From Thermodesulfobacteriota bacterium (lineage in GTDB: Bacteria; Desulfobacterota_D; UBA1144; Nemesobacterales; Mycalebacteriaceae), in NCBI GenBank assembly GCA_965205855.1, contig OZ242184.1, forward strand, positions 928,001 through 992,000: a DNA stretch of 64,000 nucleotides, in the 5' to 3' direction. A program made the position numbers and the translations under genes. How positions within the stretch are numbered: the first letter of the stretch is position 1; each line of letters starts with the position of its first letter. The notes beneath the pieces were generated by a model. It saw only the letters and a program-made list of their open reading frames with translations. It had not been told where the DNA came from and ran no database searches. Positions 42,918 to 54,687 of this stretch are shown one piece after another.

Positions 42918-43868
42918 ATGAATAACAAACTGTTTCAAAAAATTCAGAAAGAGCTTGACAAGCACATAATCGGTCACAAGGAAGTAAAAACCGCTTTGTT
43001 GCTTGGCATTCTATCAAGAGAGCACATCTATATTGAGGGCCCCCCCGGAACCGCGAAGACTATGCTTTCCGAGATTATAGCGTCCTGCGCTCAACTGAAG
43101 TTTTTCTTTTACCAGCTTCACAGAGACACAAGGCTTTCCGAGCTTGTGGGAGACATGGTCATTTCAAAGGAAACAAATGATGACGAGGAGATAATCCGGC
43201 AGAAGATAGTCAAAGGGGGAATCCTGACCGCGGAAATATGCCTCCTTGACGACATATCAAGGGCCCCCGGAGAATCCCTGAATGTGCTTCTCCGAATCCT
43301 GAATGAGAGGAAATTCTTTGAAGACCCGCTGCCGCTTATGACGGCGATAGCAACAAGCAATCCAACCGCCGATGAATACTACAACGAACCGCTTGACCCG
43401 GCCAATCTGGACAGATTTGTGTTGCAGATAAAATCTGTCGGCACATCTTATAAACGCGACTGGAAAACCGCAGACAACATTATTTCCCTCTACTCGGACA
43501 AGGATGAGAAGACGGAAGTCGCAAGGATACTAGACAGGCGTATGCTTGACGAACTGCACGACAGGGTCAAAGCGACGCCGATATCCAAAAAGGTACAACA
43601 GGGGCTCAGAGAATTCATCCGCATTCTTGTTGAGGAATACGGGCTGAATGAGACTAACTCGCTTATTTCGGACAGAACCTTCCTTGTAAAAGCGCTTAAA
43701 ATAATAAAGGCGCATGCGGTTTTAAACGGAAGAAAATCATGCGTGATGCAAGACCTTGAAGTATTGAAATACATTACCGTTTTCCGCATTCCACCTGAAG
43801 TCTACGAGCAGATTGACGCCATTTTGGAACAGATTAACAGTAAAAAAAAAAGCCAGAAGAACGGCTGA
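42918..43868 (+). CDS. MoxR/RavA-like AAA+ ATPase (short product of a possibly frameshifted gene)
   Basis: EHIYIEGPPGTAKT (Walker A), LLDDISRA (Walker B), LNER, ATSN..LDPANLDRF; ends SKKKSQKNG* after an A10 run. Confidence 0.9.
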   Translation: MNNKLFQKIQKELDKHIIGHKEVKTALLLGILSREHIYIEGPPGTAKTMLSEIIASCAQLKFFFYQLHRDTRLSELVGDMVISKETNDDEEIIRQKIVKGGILTAEICLLDDISRAPGESLNVLLRILNERKFFEDPLPLMTAIATSNPTADEYYNEPLDPANLDRFVLQIKSVGTSYKRDWKTADNIISLYSDKDEKTEVARILDRRMLDELHDRVKATPISKKVQQGLREFIRILVEEYGLNETNSLISDRTFLVKALKIIKAHAVLNGRKSCVMQDLEVLKYITVFRIPPEVYEQIDAILEQINSKKKSQKNG

Positions 43869-45184
43869 ACCAACCTCAGGAACAAGAACCGGAACCACAG
43901 TCCGAATTTGACAAAGATATCCAAGACAAGGAAAAAGAGGAAATTCCCGACGAAGACTCCGAGAAGGAGGGGGAAGAACAACATGAAGACGCCCGCGAGA
44001 CATTTTTTCAGGTTCTGAAAGACCTTAGGGAAGAGAAGATGCAGCCGCCCGAAGGAATGGACATTCCATCCGACCCCAAAGGGCAACCGGACCAAGATGC
44101 GGGAGAGGACAAGCAGAAAGAACTGTCAGAAAAAACCACTTCAAGCAAATCCCTCCGTCCCGGAGATACGGACGAGAACGCGGCGGCGGCTTACAGAAAC
44201 TACGAAACCGCCAAAAATATCAAACTGATAATGAGAGTGCTTGAGGGGAGTTTTCAGCGAAACACCGCCACAAAAAGGAGCCACCCTGGCGGAATGCCGA
44301 GGAAGTGGAAAAGGATGAACGCCTTTGATCTTGATGACTCCGACCCTCTGGAGCTTTTCCTCTGGTCAGACCACACATCGCCCTCTCTGCCACGCATTCA
44401 ATTCAGGGAAAAAGAGACAACCGGTGGCGAGGTTGCAATCTTGCGCGATGTCAGCACTTCAATGATGGGAATTTACAGCGAATGGGCTTCATCGGTTGTC
44501 CGGGGCGTGGTGGAACTCGCCCGAACAAAAAACATGAGAGTGGGCTACCTTGAATTCAACCACAAAGCCGACCCTTACGGACGGAAGAAAAACCGGCCAA
44601 GTTTTTTCACAAGAGAATACAGATGGCTTATGAACCTTGCCGAGTCAACCGACTGTTCCGGCAATACGAACTATGAGGAAGCCCTCAAAAATGTGGTTAT
44701 GGAGTTTAAAGGGCGCGGGCTGAGAAACAAACACATCCTTTTTATAACGGACGGCATTCCGACTTCGGGAGACATCTCATTCGGAGACGACGAAATGCCA
44801 ACCCGTCATTCCCTTCCTCGCAAAAATGAAAAACATTTGCTGGAATACCTAAACGCCGGCGCCCCTCACCGCGCTCAACAGGACTGGACGCAACCCCGCC
44901 CCCTGCGGGAGACGGTGCACAAAACGCAACGACTCGGCATTTTCATACACTCCATTTTTATCGGCTCAAAAAACTATCCGAAAATTCTTCAGAAAATCTC
45001 CGAGGAAACAGATGGCACACAGTTTGTCGCCTTCAAAAACGATGAGAGCATCATGCAGGTTGAGCGCAGAGACAAGTTCATCAACGACTACAAACTGAGA
45101 CATCAGGAAATGGACGACAGTTTTGATCCCATCAAAGCCGCTTTTTCCCGACGCAGGATTCACACCGTAACGGGAAAACTTTAG
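43844..45184 (+). CDS. Acidic/Pro-rich linker plus VWA (MIDAS) domain; open from 43844 in the -1 frame of the AAA gene (first ATG 44039)
   Basis: Stop-free from 43844: KKKPEERLNQPQEQEPEPQSEFDKD..; MIDAS RDVSTSM, GNTNY, LFITDGIP. Confidence 0.8.
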   Translation, partial: KKKPEERLNQPQEQEPEPQSEFDKDIQDKEKEEIPDEDSEKEGEEQHEDARETFFQVLKDLREEKMQPPEGMDIPSDPKGQPDQDAGEDKQKELSEKTTSSKSLRPGDTDENAAAAYRNYETAKNIKLIMRVLEGSFQRNTATKRSHPGGMPRKWKRMNAFDLDDSDPLELFLWSDHTSPSLPRIQFREKETTGGEVAILRDVSTSMMGIYSEWASSVVRGVVELARTKNMRVGYLEFNHKADPYGRKKNRPSFFTREYRWLMNLAESTDCSGNTNYEEALKNVVMEFKGRGLRNKHILFITDGIPTSGDISFGDDEMPTRHSLPRKNEKHLLEYLNAGAPHRAQQDWTQPRPLRETVHKTQRLGIFIHSIFIGSKNYPKILQKISEETDGTQFVAFKNDESIMQVERRDKFINDYKLRHQEMDDSFDPIKAAFSRRRIHTVTGKL

Positions 45185-45190
45185 TCCCGT

Positions 45191-46330
45191 CTATTTAACC
45201 AAAACTACAAGGTTGTTACGGTGTATAACCTCATCGCCGTATTTGTAGCCGAGTATTTTTTCAATGCCGGAGCCCTTTGAGCCAGCGATTCGCCTTGTTT
45301 CATCGGATGAATAAGAGACAAGACCGTGGGCAATTTCTTTTCCGTTTTCATCAATGCACAGAACCGGTTCTCCTCTGCCGAAATCTCCGCCGACCGCCGT
45401 TATCCCCGAAGGAAGCAGGCTTCTGCCGGATTTGCCGACCGCTTCCGCGGCTCCCGTGTCTATTGTTATCTCACCTTTCGGCTTGAGCGTATGCGCTATC
45501 CAGTGCTTGCGCGCGCCGAGTTTTTCACCGGTTGAGGGAATAAGCGTCCCGATATTCACGCCAGAAAAGATTCTCATTATGTTTTCGGGATCTCTGCCAT
45601 CCGCTATAATGGAGCGGATACCGAAGGCGGAAACCTTTTGTGCCGCTTGAAGTTTCGTTTTCATTCCCCCGGTTGTGGTCGCTCCCGAAGTGTCACCGCA
45701 GCTTTTCTCAAGCGCGCTATGCGTGTCTTCTATTACGGACAGGAGCTTCGCGTTTTTGTCTTCGCCGGGGTCTGAGTCATAAACACCCGCCGTGTCGGTG
45801 AGCATAAGAAGCAAGTCCGCCTCAATAAGGGTCGCGACAATTGCCGCAAGGTTGTCGTTGTCACCGAACATGATTTCCTCAACGGCGACCGTATCATTCT
45901 CATTCACAACGGGCACCGCTCCCATCTCCAGAAGCTCGTTTAGAGTGCCGCGCGCGTTTAGGAAGTAACGTCTGTCTGAAACTCCGTCCTGAGTGAGAAG
46001 CACCTGCGCGACGGTAAAGCGGCTTTGGGAAAAGGCGTTTTCGTAGTTCTTCATAAGGCGAGTCTGCCCGCAAGCCGCGACCGCCTGTTTCCGCCGTATG
46101 GAATCCGGCTTTGTGTCAATGCCGAGGGTTTTCATCCCGGCGGCAATCGCCCCTGAAGACACAAGAACCACTCTAATCCCCTTCTCGCGCAGAATCGACA
46201 CTTGCCGGGCGAGCGGGGCGAAAAAGGACTCGTCAAAACCGGACTTCGAAACAAGTATGCTGCTTCCCGTCTTGATAACGGCGGTTTTCACACCCGATAT
46301 AAAATTTCTGTCATTCGTATTCGTTGACAT
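45191..46330 (-). CDS. proB: Glutamate 5-kinase
   Basis: VIKTGSS, VSSGAIAAG, NENDTV, GDNDNL, TGGMKTK, PUA domain. Confidence 0.96.
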   Translation of the reverse strand: MSTNTNDRNFISGVKTAVIKTGSSILVSKSGFDESFFAPLARQVSILREKGIRVVLVSSGAIAAGMKTLGIDTKPDSIRRKQAVAACGQTRLMKNYENAFSQSRFTVAQVLLTQDGVSDRRYFLNARGTLNELLEMGAVPVVNENDTVAVEEIMFGDNDNLAAIVATLIEADLLLMLTDTAGVYDSDPGEDKNAKLLSVIEDTHSALEKSCGDTSGATTTGGMKTKLQAAQKVSAFGIRSIIADGRDPENIMRIFSGVNIGTLIPSTGEKLGARKHWIAHTLKPKGEITIDTGAAEAVGKSGRSLLPSGITAVGGDFGRGEPVLCIDENGKEIAHGLVSYSSDETRRIAGSKGSGIEKILGYKYGDEVIHRNNLVVLVK

Positions 46331-46415
46331 AAAAGGTTCCCGTGGCTCGGCAAGTTGTGATTGACAGCTCGAAACACGGGTGATAGTTTCCACTTTTGCT
46401 GTCAAAAGTAAAACT

Positions 46416-46489
46416 GCGGGAGTAGCTCAGTTGGCCAGAGCATTTGCTTCCCAAGCAAAGGGTCGCGGGTTCGAGCCCCGTCTCCCGCT
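46416..46489 (+). tRNA. tRNA-Gly(CCC), CCA not encoded
   Basis: GCGGGAGTAGCTCAG..TTTGC-TTCCCAA-GCAAA..GGTTCGAGCC..CTCCCGCT. Confidence 0.95.
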
Positions 46490-46539
46490 GGTGCTGTTGA
46501 CAACGCAAGACGTGAAGGATAGCCTCAGTGTCCTTAAAT

Positions 46540-46616
46540 GCGGGAGTAGCTCAGTTGGCTAGAGCGTTTCCTTGCCAAGGAAAAGGTCGCGGGTTCGAAT
46601 CCCGTCTCCCGCTCCA
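46540..46616 (+). tRNA. tRNA-Gly(GCC), CCA encoded
   Basis: GCGGGAGTAGCTCAG..TTTCC-TTGCCAA-GGAAA..GGTTCGAATCC..CTCCCGCTCCA. Confidence 0.96.
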
Positions 46617-46629
46617 TTCTGAAAGACCG

Positions 46630-47232
46630 TCAGATTCTCATTTGTGTAAAACCGGGTTGAGATTCAACCGTTTTTACCCAGTTTGAAACTTCCGGATATT
46701 GTGAAATATCAATCTCACCCTCATGGGCGAGCGAGACATAAGGGTAGCAGGCAATATCGGCTATTGTATAAGTGTCTGCGAGAAATTCGCGATTTTTCAA
46801 ACCCTCGTTCAAAATTTCCAGTGCTACTCTTCCTTCCACACGCTTTTGCGCAACCGCTTTCGCATCAACCTTTTCCGACGGAAGATACTTTGTCCAGAAA
46901 CGCACGAGTGCGAGTGGCGGATCCAAAGTTGTTTTCCCGAAAATGACCCACTGAGCCATCTTACCAAATGCTTCGGGGTCTTCGGGAAGATAGGGACTCG
47001 GAGCAAACTTGCGCGCGATATAAAACAGAAGCGCGTTTGATTCCCAGATAACAAAATCACCGTCAACAAGAACCGGAATTTTGCGGTTGGGATTCAGTTT
47101 TGTAAATTCTCCGGTCTGATGCTCACCTTTGAATATGTCAACGTTGACCTTCTCAAACTCCACGCCGAGGTGGGAAAGCAGAAGTTCGGCTTTGTATGCG
47201 TTGCCAGAAAGCGGATGGGTGTACAGTTTCAT
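46630..47232 (-). CDS. Glutathione S-transferase family protein
   Basis: SGNAYK, LNPNRKIPVL.DG..IWESNA, YTIADIA; AGGAG RBS before 47232. Confidence 0.92.
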   Translation of the reverse strand: MKLYTHPLSGNAYKAELLLSHLGVEFEKVNVDIFKGEHQTGEFTKLNPNRKIPVLVDGDFVIWESNALLFYIARKFAPSPYLPEDPEAFGKMAQWVIFGKTTLDPPLALVRFWTKYLPSEKVDAKAVAQKRVEGRVALEILNEGLKNREFLADTYTIADIACYPYVSLAHEGEIDISQYPEVSNWVKTVESQPGFTQMRI

Positions 47233-47285
47233 TTTCTGATCTCCTTGTTTTTTGGGGTTTTTATCCATTGTTCTATCTCTTTTTT

Positions 47286-47843
47286 TCACTCCTCAAGATA
47301 CCTCTCAAACTTCCCCTTCAGGGTTTCCTCTCCAAGTATAGCGTTCAATGTTTTTCTGTCCGGCAGAGAGTATGTTACGACAGCTTTTGCCGAGTTTTTT
47401 CCACCTTCGCCCTTTATCGCGGCTGAAACGCGAACGACCCTGCCCTCATGCTCCAGCACTTTTGCGCGCGCCTCAACCGGCGCATCAAAACCGACAGGCG
47501 AAAGATAACGCAAGTCTATGCGCGTTGTAACACCAATCCTGCCCACTTTGTCAAACATCGCCCAGAAGGCGAGCTCATCAATAACCGCGCACTGTATTCC
47601 ACCGTGAAGAATTCCGGGAAATCCGTTGAAATGTCTTTGCGGGTTGAGAGTTGTAATCACTTCGCCGGTTTCGTCATCGGCAAAAAACCTGAGTTTCAAG
47701 CCGAATTCATTGTTCGGATGACAGGCAAAACAGTTGTTACCCGGAAGATTTTTGAAAACATTTTCTATCTCACGGAGCAAGGATGGGTTACTCTTCTCCT
47801 GTTCCGCCCTCTGCAGGAGCGTCTTCAGAAATATCTTCATCAT
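47286..47843 (-). CDS. PaaI-family thioesterase (true start likely near 47780)
   Basis: [24 protein letters not shown]. Confidence 0.85.
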   Translation of the reverse strand: MMKIFLKTLLQRAEQEKSNPSLLREIENVFKNLPGNNCFACHPNNEFGLKLRFFADDETGEVITTLNPQRHFNGFPGILHGGIQCAVIDELAFWAMFDKVGRIGVTTRIDLRYLSPVGFDAPVEARAKVLEHEGRVVRVSAAIKGEGGKNSAKAVVTYSLPDRKTLNAILGEETLKGKFERYLEE

Positions 47844-50283
47844 CGGTGTCTTCCCTTTCTACAACCCTTGCCGCAGCGGCAATAATTTCACCTTCTTGAA
47901 GACGCACTATCCTCACGCCCTGAGCCACGCGTCCGGTGTTTCTGATTTCACTGACATTAACCCTGATTACTTTGCCCGCCGGGGTCGTGATAAGAATAAG
48001 TTGAGTCGCGTCTGTAACATGGAAAGAGCCGATAACTTTGCCATTCTTCTCCGTTATGGCCACAGTTTTGACTCCCTTGCCGCCGCGATTTGTCTGGCGG
48101 TAATCCGCAATGCGCGTCCTTTTGCCAAAACCTTTCTCGGTAACCGTAAGTATCTGAGCTTCGGAGTCTTCCACCGATTCAAGACTGACAAGACAGTCGT
48201 CCGAATCCAGATTCAGACCCTTGACACCGGCGGCTCCCCTCCCCATCGCGCGAACCTTTGTCTCTTCAAAACGAATCGCCTTGCCGTTATGAGAGGACAG
48301 GAAAATCTCACTGTTTCCATTGGTTATGCGAGCCGCGACCAGTTCGTCGCCGTTTTTTATGTTCAGGGCGATTATCCCGCCCGAACGCGGACGCGAATAC
48401 GCCATCAAACTTGTTTTCTTCACAATGCCGTGCCGGGTCGCCATGAGGATAAATTTGCCTTCTTCAAACTTTTTCACCGGAAGCACGGCGGCAACTTTCT
48501 CGTCTTCGCCGAGGTTCAGCAAGTTCACCATCGCCCTGCCTTTCGCAGTTCGTCCCGCTTCGGGAATTTCATAAACTTTCAACCAATGACACCTGCCATG
48601 GTTTGTAAAGAAAAGAACATGGTTGTGATTTGAAGCCGTAAAAAGATCTTCAACAAAATCGCTCGCACGGGTTGTCATTCCCTTCTTCCCTTTGCCACCG
48701 CGCCTCTGGCTTCTATAAATGCTGAGAGGAGTGGTTTTTATATATCCCTCATGTGAGATTGTTACGACCATATCCTCATCCGAGATAAGGTCTTCAATTG
48801 AAATTTCCTCAACATTATCAAGTATCTCGGTTCTTCTTTTGTCGGAGTATTTTCCTTTTATCTCAACTAATTCATCACTTACAATTTTGAAAATAAGTTC
48901 CTCATTGGCAAGTATTTTTTTGAGTTCTTCCACGGTTTTCAAAATCTCATTTCTTTCCTCAAAAATTTTGTCTCTCTCAAGGGCGGTGAGCCTCTGAAGC
49001 CTCATGTCAAGTATTGCCTGCGCCTGAATATCGGAAAGCGAGAGGTTTTTCACAAGACCGTTTTTGGCTTCCATGGGGCTTTTAGACCCTCTTATGAGTT
49101 TGATAACCGTATCAAGGTTGTCCAACGCTATCTTGAGCCCTTCAAGAATGTGCAACCGCGCTTGGGCTTTTTCAAGATCAAAGATTGTTCTACGTATAAC
49201 AACTTCTTTGCGGTGCTCAATAAACTGGCCAAGTGCCTGTTTAAGGCTGAGTATCTGCGGCTGGTTGCCGACAAGCGCGAGCATTATCACACCGAAAGAT
49301 GTATCCATCTGGCTGTTTTTATAAAGCTGGTTGAGAATCACTTCCGCGTTCTCTCCTCTTTTGAGTTCCACCACAATGCGTATTCCGTCCCTGTCGGATT
49401 CATCGCGAATGTCGCTTATTCCCTTGATTCTCTCTTCTTTGACGAGTTCGGCTATGCGTTCTATAAGTTTGACTTTGTTGATCTGATAGGGAATCTCGTT
49501 TATCACAACAAGGCTTTTGTCGCCCTTTTTCTGCTTCTCTATGGAGGCTTTCGCCCTGATTTTGATTATCCCTCTTCCCGTTTCGTATATCTGCCTTATG
49601 GGAGCGCTTCCGCAGATAAACCCCCCGGTCGGAAAATCCGGCCCCGGAATGTACTTCATCAGTTCGCTGACTTTGATATCAGGGTTTTTAATCTGTGCGA
49701 CAATCGCGTCAACAAGTTCGCCGAGGTTATGAGGCGGTATGTTTGTGGACATTCCCACCGCTATTCCGGCCGAACCGTTCAGAAGGAGGTTTGGAATTTT
49801 CGACGGCAGAACAACGGGCTCATTCTCGCCACCGTCATAGTTCGGAACAAAATCAACGGTGTTTTTGTCAAGGTTATCGAGAAGTTCGCCCGCTATTCTG
49901 TCAAGACGGACTTCGGTGTAACGCATTGCCGCCGGGGGGTCTCCGTCCATTGAGCCGAAATTCCCCTGCCCGTCAACAAGCGGGTAGCGCATTGAAAAAT
50001 CCTGCGCCATTCGCACAAGCGTGTCGTATATCGCCGAGTCGCCGTGGGGGTGGAATTTACCCATGACGTCACCGACAATTCTCGCGGACTTTTTATACGG
50101 TCTGTTCCATGCGTTTCCGACTTCATGCATTCCGTAGAGAATGCGCCTGTGAACGGGTTTCATTCCGTCTCTGGCGTCGGGCAGCGCCCTGCCCACAATC
50201 ACGCTCATTGAGTAGGAAAGATAAGAATCTTTCATCTCATCTTCTATACTTACGGGAAGAAAACGGGTCGGGTTATCTGACAT
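47788..50283 (-). CDS. gyrA: DNA gyrase subunit A
   Basis: [28 protein letters not shown], GyrA-box QRRGGKG, acidic tail. Confidence 0.98.
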   Translation of the reverse strand: MSDNPTRFLPVSIEDEMKDSYLSYSMSVIVGRALPDARDGMKPVHRRILYGMHEVGNAWNRPYKKSARIVGDVMGKFHPHGDSAIYDTLVRMAQDFSMRYPLVDGQGNFGSMDGDPPAAMRYTEVRLDRIAGELLDNLDKNTVDFVPNYDGGENEPVVLPSKIPNLLLNGSAGIAVGMSTNIPPHNLGELVDAIVAQIKNPDIKVSELMKYIPGPDFPTGGFICGSAPIRQIYETGRGIIKIRAKASIEKQKKGDKSLVVINEIPYQINKVKLIERIAELVKEERIKGISDIRDESDRDGIRIVVELKRGENAEVILNQLYKNSQMDTSFGVIMLALVGNQPQILSLKQALGQFIEHRKEVVIRRTIFDLEKAQARLHILEGLKIALDNLDTVIKLIRGSKSPMEAKNGLVKNLSLSDIQAQAILDMRLQRLTALERDKIFEERNEILKTVEELKKILANEELIFKIVSDELVEIKGKYSDKRRTEILDNVEEISIEDLISDEDMVVTISHEGYIKTTPLSIYRSQRRGGKGKKGMTTRASDFVEDLFTASNHNHVLFFTNHGRCHWLKVYEIPEAGRTAKGRAMVNLLNLGEDEKVAAVLPVKKFEEGKFILMATRHGIVKKTSLMAYSRPRSGGIIALNIKNGDELVAARITNGNSEIFLSSHNGKAIRFEETKVRAMGRGAAGVKGLNLDSDDCLVSLESVEDSEAQILTVTEKGFGKRTRIADYRQTNRGGKGVKTVAITEKNGKVIGSFHVTDATQLILITTPAGKVIRVNVSEIRNTGRVAQGVRIVRLQEGEIIAAAARVVEREDTDDEDISEDAPAEGGTGEE

Positions 50284-50481
50284 ATAAATTAGGTTCCTTG
50301 AAACTCAGCCTTGAAGGCTGAAATAAAGACTGAAATTGCCTGCAAGTATATTATGAATGAGGGTGATAATCAATCGGTTTGCGAAGACATAACATGAGCG
50401 GAATCAGAAGCTGCAAAATAAGCCGTTTCAGATGCCTTTCCGTCTTGCGGCTACTTCTTCCTTCGGTATGCTTCTCCGGCT

Positions 50482-51033
50482 ATGAAAGTAATAACCGGCT
50501 CTGCAAAGGGCAGAAAAATCAAAACCGCGCAAAACGGAGTGCGTCCGATGGCGGCGCGGGTCAAAAAATCCGTGTTTGACACACTTGGCGACATAACCGA
50601 CGCGCGGGTTCTGGATGTTTTTGCCGGCTCGGGCGCGCTCGGAATAGAATCAATGAGCAGAGGGGCGGTCTCGGTCGTGTTTGTTGAAAAAAGCGCGCAT
50701 GTGGCTGACATTCTCGCAGGCAATATAAAGGAATGCGGTTTTGAATACGGTTGCGAAGTGATTTGTGCGGACTACGCCAAAGCCGCAAGCCGCCTGCTTG
50801 ACCGCGGGGAAAAGTTTGACCTCGTATTCATCGCCCCACCCTACAAGTTTTACGAGCGGGTTTCGGGGGAAAAACTGACGTACTGCTTTTCCCCTCTGCT
50901 GTCGCAAAACGGCAGAATTGTAATAGAGTATGAGACTGTCGGAGAAACGAAGCATAAAGACTTTGGCGAAAACTGCCGGACAAAAAAATATGGAGGAACA
51001 ACCGTCAGCATAATCTCCCCGAAAACCGGCTGA
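50482..51033 (+). CDS. rsmD: 16S rRNA m2G966 methyltransferase
   Basis: MKVITGSAKGR, LDVFAGSGALGIESMSRGA, KKYG; adjacent to coaD. Confidence 0.88.
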   Translation: MKVITGSAKGRKIKTAQNGVRPMAARVKKSVFDTLGDITDARVLDVFAGSGALGIESMSRGAVSVVFVEKSAHVADILAGNIKECGFEYGCEVICADYAKAASRLLDRGEKFDLVFIAPPYKFYERVSGEKLTYCFSPLLSQNGRIVIEYETVGETKHKDFGENCRTKKYGGTTVSIISPKTG

Positions 51034-51051
51034 AAACGGTAAAATACTGAA

Positions 51052-51564
51052 ATGAAAAGAGCGGCAATATATCCGGGGTCCTTCGATCCCATTACTCTTG
51101 GACATATCAATGTGGTGGAGCGCGGGGCGAGGGTTTTTGATGAAATAACAGTCGCGGTGGCGAGAGACATATCAAAAAACGCGACTTTCTCACCCGAAGA
51201 AAGAATGGAAATGGTAATGCGAGCGGTTGGAAATAAAAAAAATATCAAAGTGGAATGCTTTAACGGACTGCTTGTGGAATACGTCTCTTCAAAGAAGATA
51301 AACACAATACTGAGGGGAATGAGAAGCGTGTCCGATTTTGAGTACGAGCTTCAGATGGCCGGAGCAAACACGGCTCTCAACCCCGATGTGGAAACGGTGT
51401 TTATGGTTACGGACTCAAAATATTCACATATCAGCTCGTCTCTCATAAAAGAGATTGTAGCCCTTGGCGGTTCGGCGCGCGGACTTATTCCCAAGTTCAT
51501 CGAGAAACGCCTGCGGACGAAACTTCTTGAGAAAAAAGCGGCTTCGGAAGGTCAAACCGAATGA
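51052..51564 (+). CDS. coaD: Phosphopantetheine adenylyltransferase
   Basis: YPGSFDPITLGH, RGMRSVSDFEYE, ISSSLIKE. Confidence 0.97.
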   Translation: MKRAAIYPGSFDPITLGHINVVERGARVFDEITVAVARDISKNATFSPEERMEMVMRAVGNKKNIKVECFNGLLVEYVSSKKINTILRGMRSVSDFEYELQMAGANTALNPDVETVFMVTDSKYSHISSSLIKEIVALGGSARGLIPKFIEKRLRTKLLEKKAASEGQTE

Positions 51565-52757
51565 GCATAGAAATTTCCCGAAAAGCCTCCGGCATCAAGC
51601 AGTCGGCAACTTTAGCCATTACCGGTCGCGTAAAGGAATTAAGGTCCAAAGGAGTGGACATCATAGGATTTGGAGCCGGAGAACCGGATTTTGACACTCC
51701 GGAGAATGTAAAAAACTCCGGCATTGAGGCGATAAAAAACGGCTTCAACAAATACACACCCGTCGGCGGAATACCGGAGCTCAAAGAGGCGATAATAGAA
51801 AGGATAAAAAATGATTACGGAATTGAGTATTCACAGCAGGAAATCATAGTCTCATGCGGAGCAAAGCACTCGCTCTACAACGTGGCGCACGCAGTGTTAA
51901 ACCCCGGAGACGAAGTGATTGTTCCGTCTCCGTACTGGGTTTCATATCCCGCGCAGATTGAGCTTGCCGGAGCAATCTCCGTTATTGCCGAGACATCATT
52001 TAAAGACGGATTCAAACTGAACCCCGAAATTCTCAAAGAGAAAATCTCCTCAAAAACAAGAGCCCTAATACTCAACTATCCGTCAAACCCTACGGGAGCA
52101 ACATACGACCGCAAAGAGTTGGAAGCCATTGTGGAAGTTGCCATGGAAGCGGGGATTGTAATAATATCGGATGAAATATACGACAAAATCCTTTACGGTA
52201 GCCGCACTCATACGCCCATCGCCGCGCTGGGCGAGGATGTGAAGAAAAACTCCATTCTTGTAAACGGAGTTTCAAAAACCTACTCAATGACAGGGTGGAG
52301 AATAGGATATGTCGCGTGCGAGAAAGACGTTGTGTCCGCGATGTCAAGAATACAAGGACAATGCACATCCAATCCGATGTCTATAGCTCAAATCGGAACA
52401 ATTGAAGCGCTTTCGGGCAATCAGGAGATAGTAACCAAAAGAACCGAAGAATTTGAACGCAGAAAAGACTTTATTATTTCTCGCATTGAAGAGATGGAAC
52501 TGAGATGTCTCAAACCTCAGGGAGCATTCTACATATTCCCTTCAATAGAAAACCTGATTGGCGCGAAGTTCGGCGACAGAACAATAGAAAACAGTATGGA
52601 CTTTACGGATTTTCTGCTGAGTCAGGCGAAGGTGGCGGTTGTTCCGGGCGTAGAGTTTGGAAAAGAAAACCACATCAGAATCTCTTATGCGACCTCAATG
52701 GAAAACATTGAACAGGGAATGGACAGAATGGAAAAAGTTCTTTCCCTTCTTTCTTGA
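51561..52757 (+). CDS. aspC: Aspartate aminotransferase (class I PLP)
   Basis: GAGEPDFDTP, PSNPTG, SDEIY, SKTYSMTGWRIG. Confidence 0.9.
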   Translation: MSIEISRKASGIKQSATLAITGRVKELRSKGVDIIGFGAGEPDFDTPENVKNSGIEAIKNGFNKYTPVGGIPELKEAIIERIKNDYGIEYSQQEIIVSCGAKHSLYNVAHAVLNPGDEVIVPSPYWVSYPAQIELAGAISVIAETSFKDGFKLNPEILKEKISSKTRALILNYPSNPTGATYDRKELEAIVEVAMEAGIVIISDEIYDKILYGSRTHTPIAALGEDVKKNSILVNGVSKTYSMTGWRIGYVACEKDVVSAMSRIQGQCTSNPMSIAQIGTIEALSGNQEIVTKRTEEFERRKDFIISRIEEMELRCLKPQGAFYIFPSIENLIGAKFGDRTIENSMDFTDFLLSQAKVAVVPGVEFGKENHIRISYATSMENIEQGMDRMEKVLSLLS

Positions 52758-53857
<1,100 letters not shown>

Positions 53858-53874
53858 CGAAACAACAACCGGAA

Positions 53875-53947
53875 TGGAGGTGAGCGGGTTCGAACCGCCG
53901 ACCTCCGGCTTGCAAAGCCGGCGCTCTCCCAACTGAGCTACACCCCC
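53875..53947 (-). tRNA. tRNA-Ala(TGC)
   Basis: GGGGGTGTAGCTCAG..CCGGC-TTTGCAA-GCCGG..CACCTCCA; G3-U70 pair. Confidence 0.95.
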
Positions 53948-53967
53948 GTGGTGCCTTCAAAATTCAA

Positions 53968-54042
<75 letters not shown>

Positions 54043-54054
54043 CGCAAAGGGCAA

Positions 54055-54083
54055 AGTGTATAAACAATCGGGTGGAGTGTCAA
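54055..54083 (-). promoter_or_regulatory. sigma70 promoter for the Ile-Ala-Ala tRNA cluster
   Basis: TTGACA (54083-54078), 17-bp spacer, TACACT (54060-54055), 12 nt before tRNA-Ile. Confidence 0.7.
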
Positions 54084-54095
54084 AAGAAAACGGTG

Positions 54096-54620
54096 TCATG
54101 CAAAACTGTTGATTGAGCGTCCCGTGTATTCACACGCTTTCAAAACAACATGAGCGCACGCCTTCGCGTCTTCAAGCGCGTCGTGATGGTTGAATAAAAT
54201 GCCAAGGTTTGAGCATAAGAATTTAAGAGACGCCCCGCTGTTCAAAATACGGCTTCCCGCAAATGCGCTACGGGCAATCTGAACGCTGTGCATCCATTTG
54301 CCGCAGATTGATGCAACCCCATATTTCTGCTTTGCCTGGTTGACTGCTTGGAAGTCAAAAAGTGTATGGCTGATTACAATGCGGTTTTGAAGTTTAGAAC
54401 GGAGGGCACCGGAAATTTCCGCAAAGGTCGGATAGTCCTCAACATCTTCGGGACAGATGCCATGAATTCCAATATTGCCCTCTTCAAAATGTTCTTCGGG
54501 ATTTATAAGCGTTGACCATTCGTCCGCAAAAACACCGTTGCGAACCTCAACACCGATTTGGCAAATGCTCCCTCGGCTGTGGTTGGCGGTTTCAACTTCT
54601 ATGGCGGTGAAATTGCTCAC
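54096..54620 (-). CDS. DEDDh 3'-5' exonuclease (DnaQ-like), possibly degenerate
   Basis: FTAIEVETAN, IHGI, SHTLFD, HHDALEDA. Confidence 0.75.
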   Translation of the reverse strand: MSNFTAIEVETANHSRGSICQIGVEVRNGVFADEWSTLINPEEHFEEGNIGIHGICPEDVEDYPTFAEISGALRSKLQNRIVISHTLFDFQAVNQAKQKYGVASICGKWMHSVQIARSAFAGSRILNSGASLKFLCSNLGILFNHHDALEDAKACAHVVLKACEYTGRSINSFA

Positions 54621-54687
54621 GGAAGAGAATTATACACGACAGCAATTTGACATCATAACGCTATGACACTTTCCGGAGGCATGGAAA

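Noticed and set aside
46416-46616. tRNA-Gly pair as an island attachment site
   Set aside because: Both are complete tRNAs with different anticodons; the flanks are housekeeping genes and no duplicated 3' fragment or integrase was seen.
47734-49953. Long plus-strand ORFs (299 aa, 267 aa) opposite gyrA, and similar shadows opposite alaS, carB, mutL, thiC and cysS
   Set aside because: Antisense shadows of conserved genes with no recognisable motifs.
50020-50055. Quinolone-resistance substitution in GyrA
   Set aside because: QRDR reads [11 protein letters not shown], with wild-type Ser and Asp.
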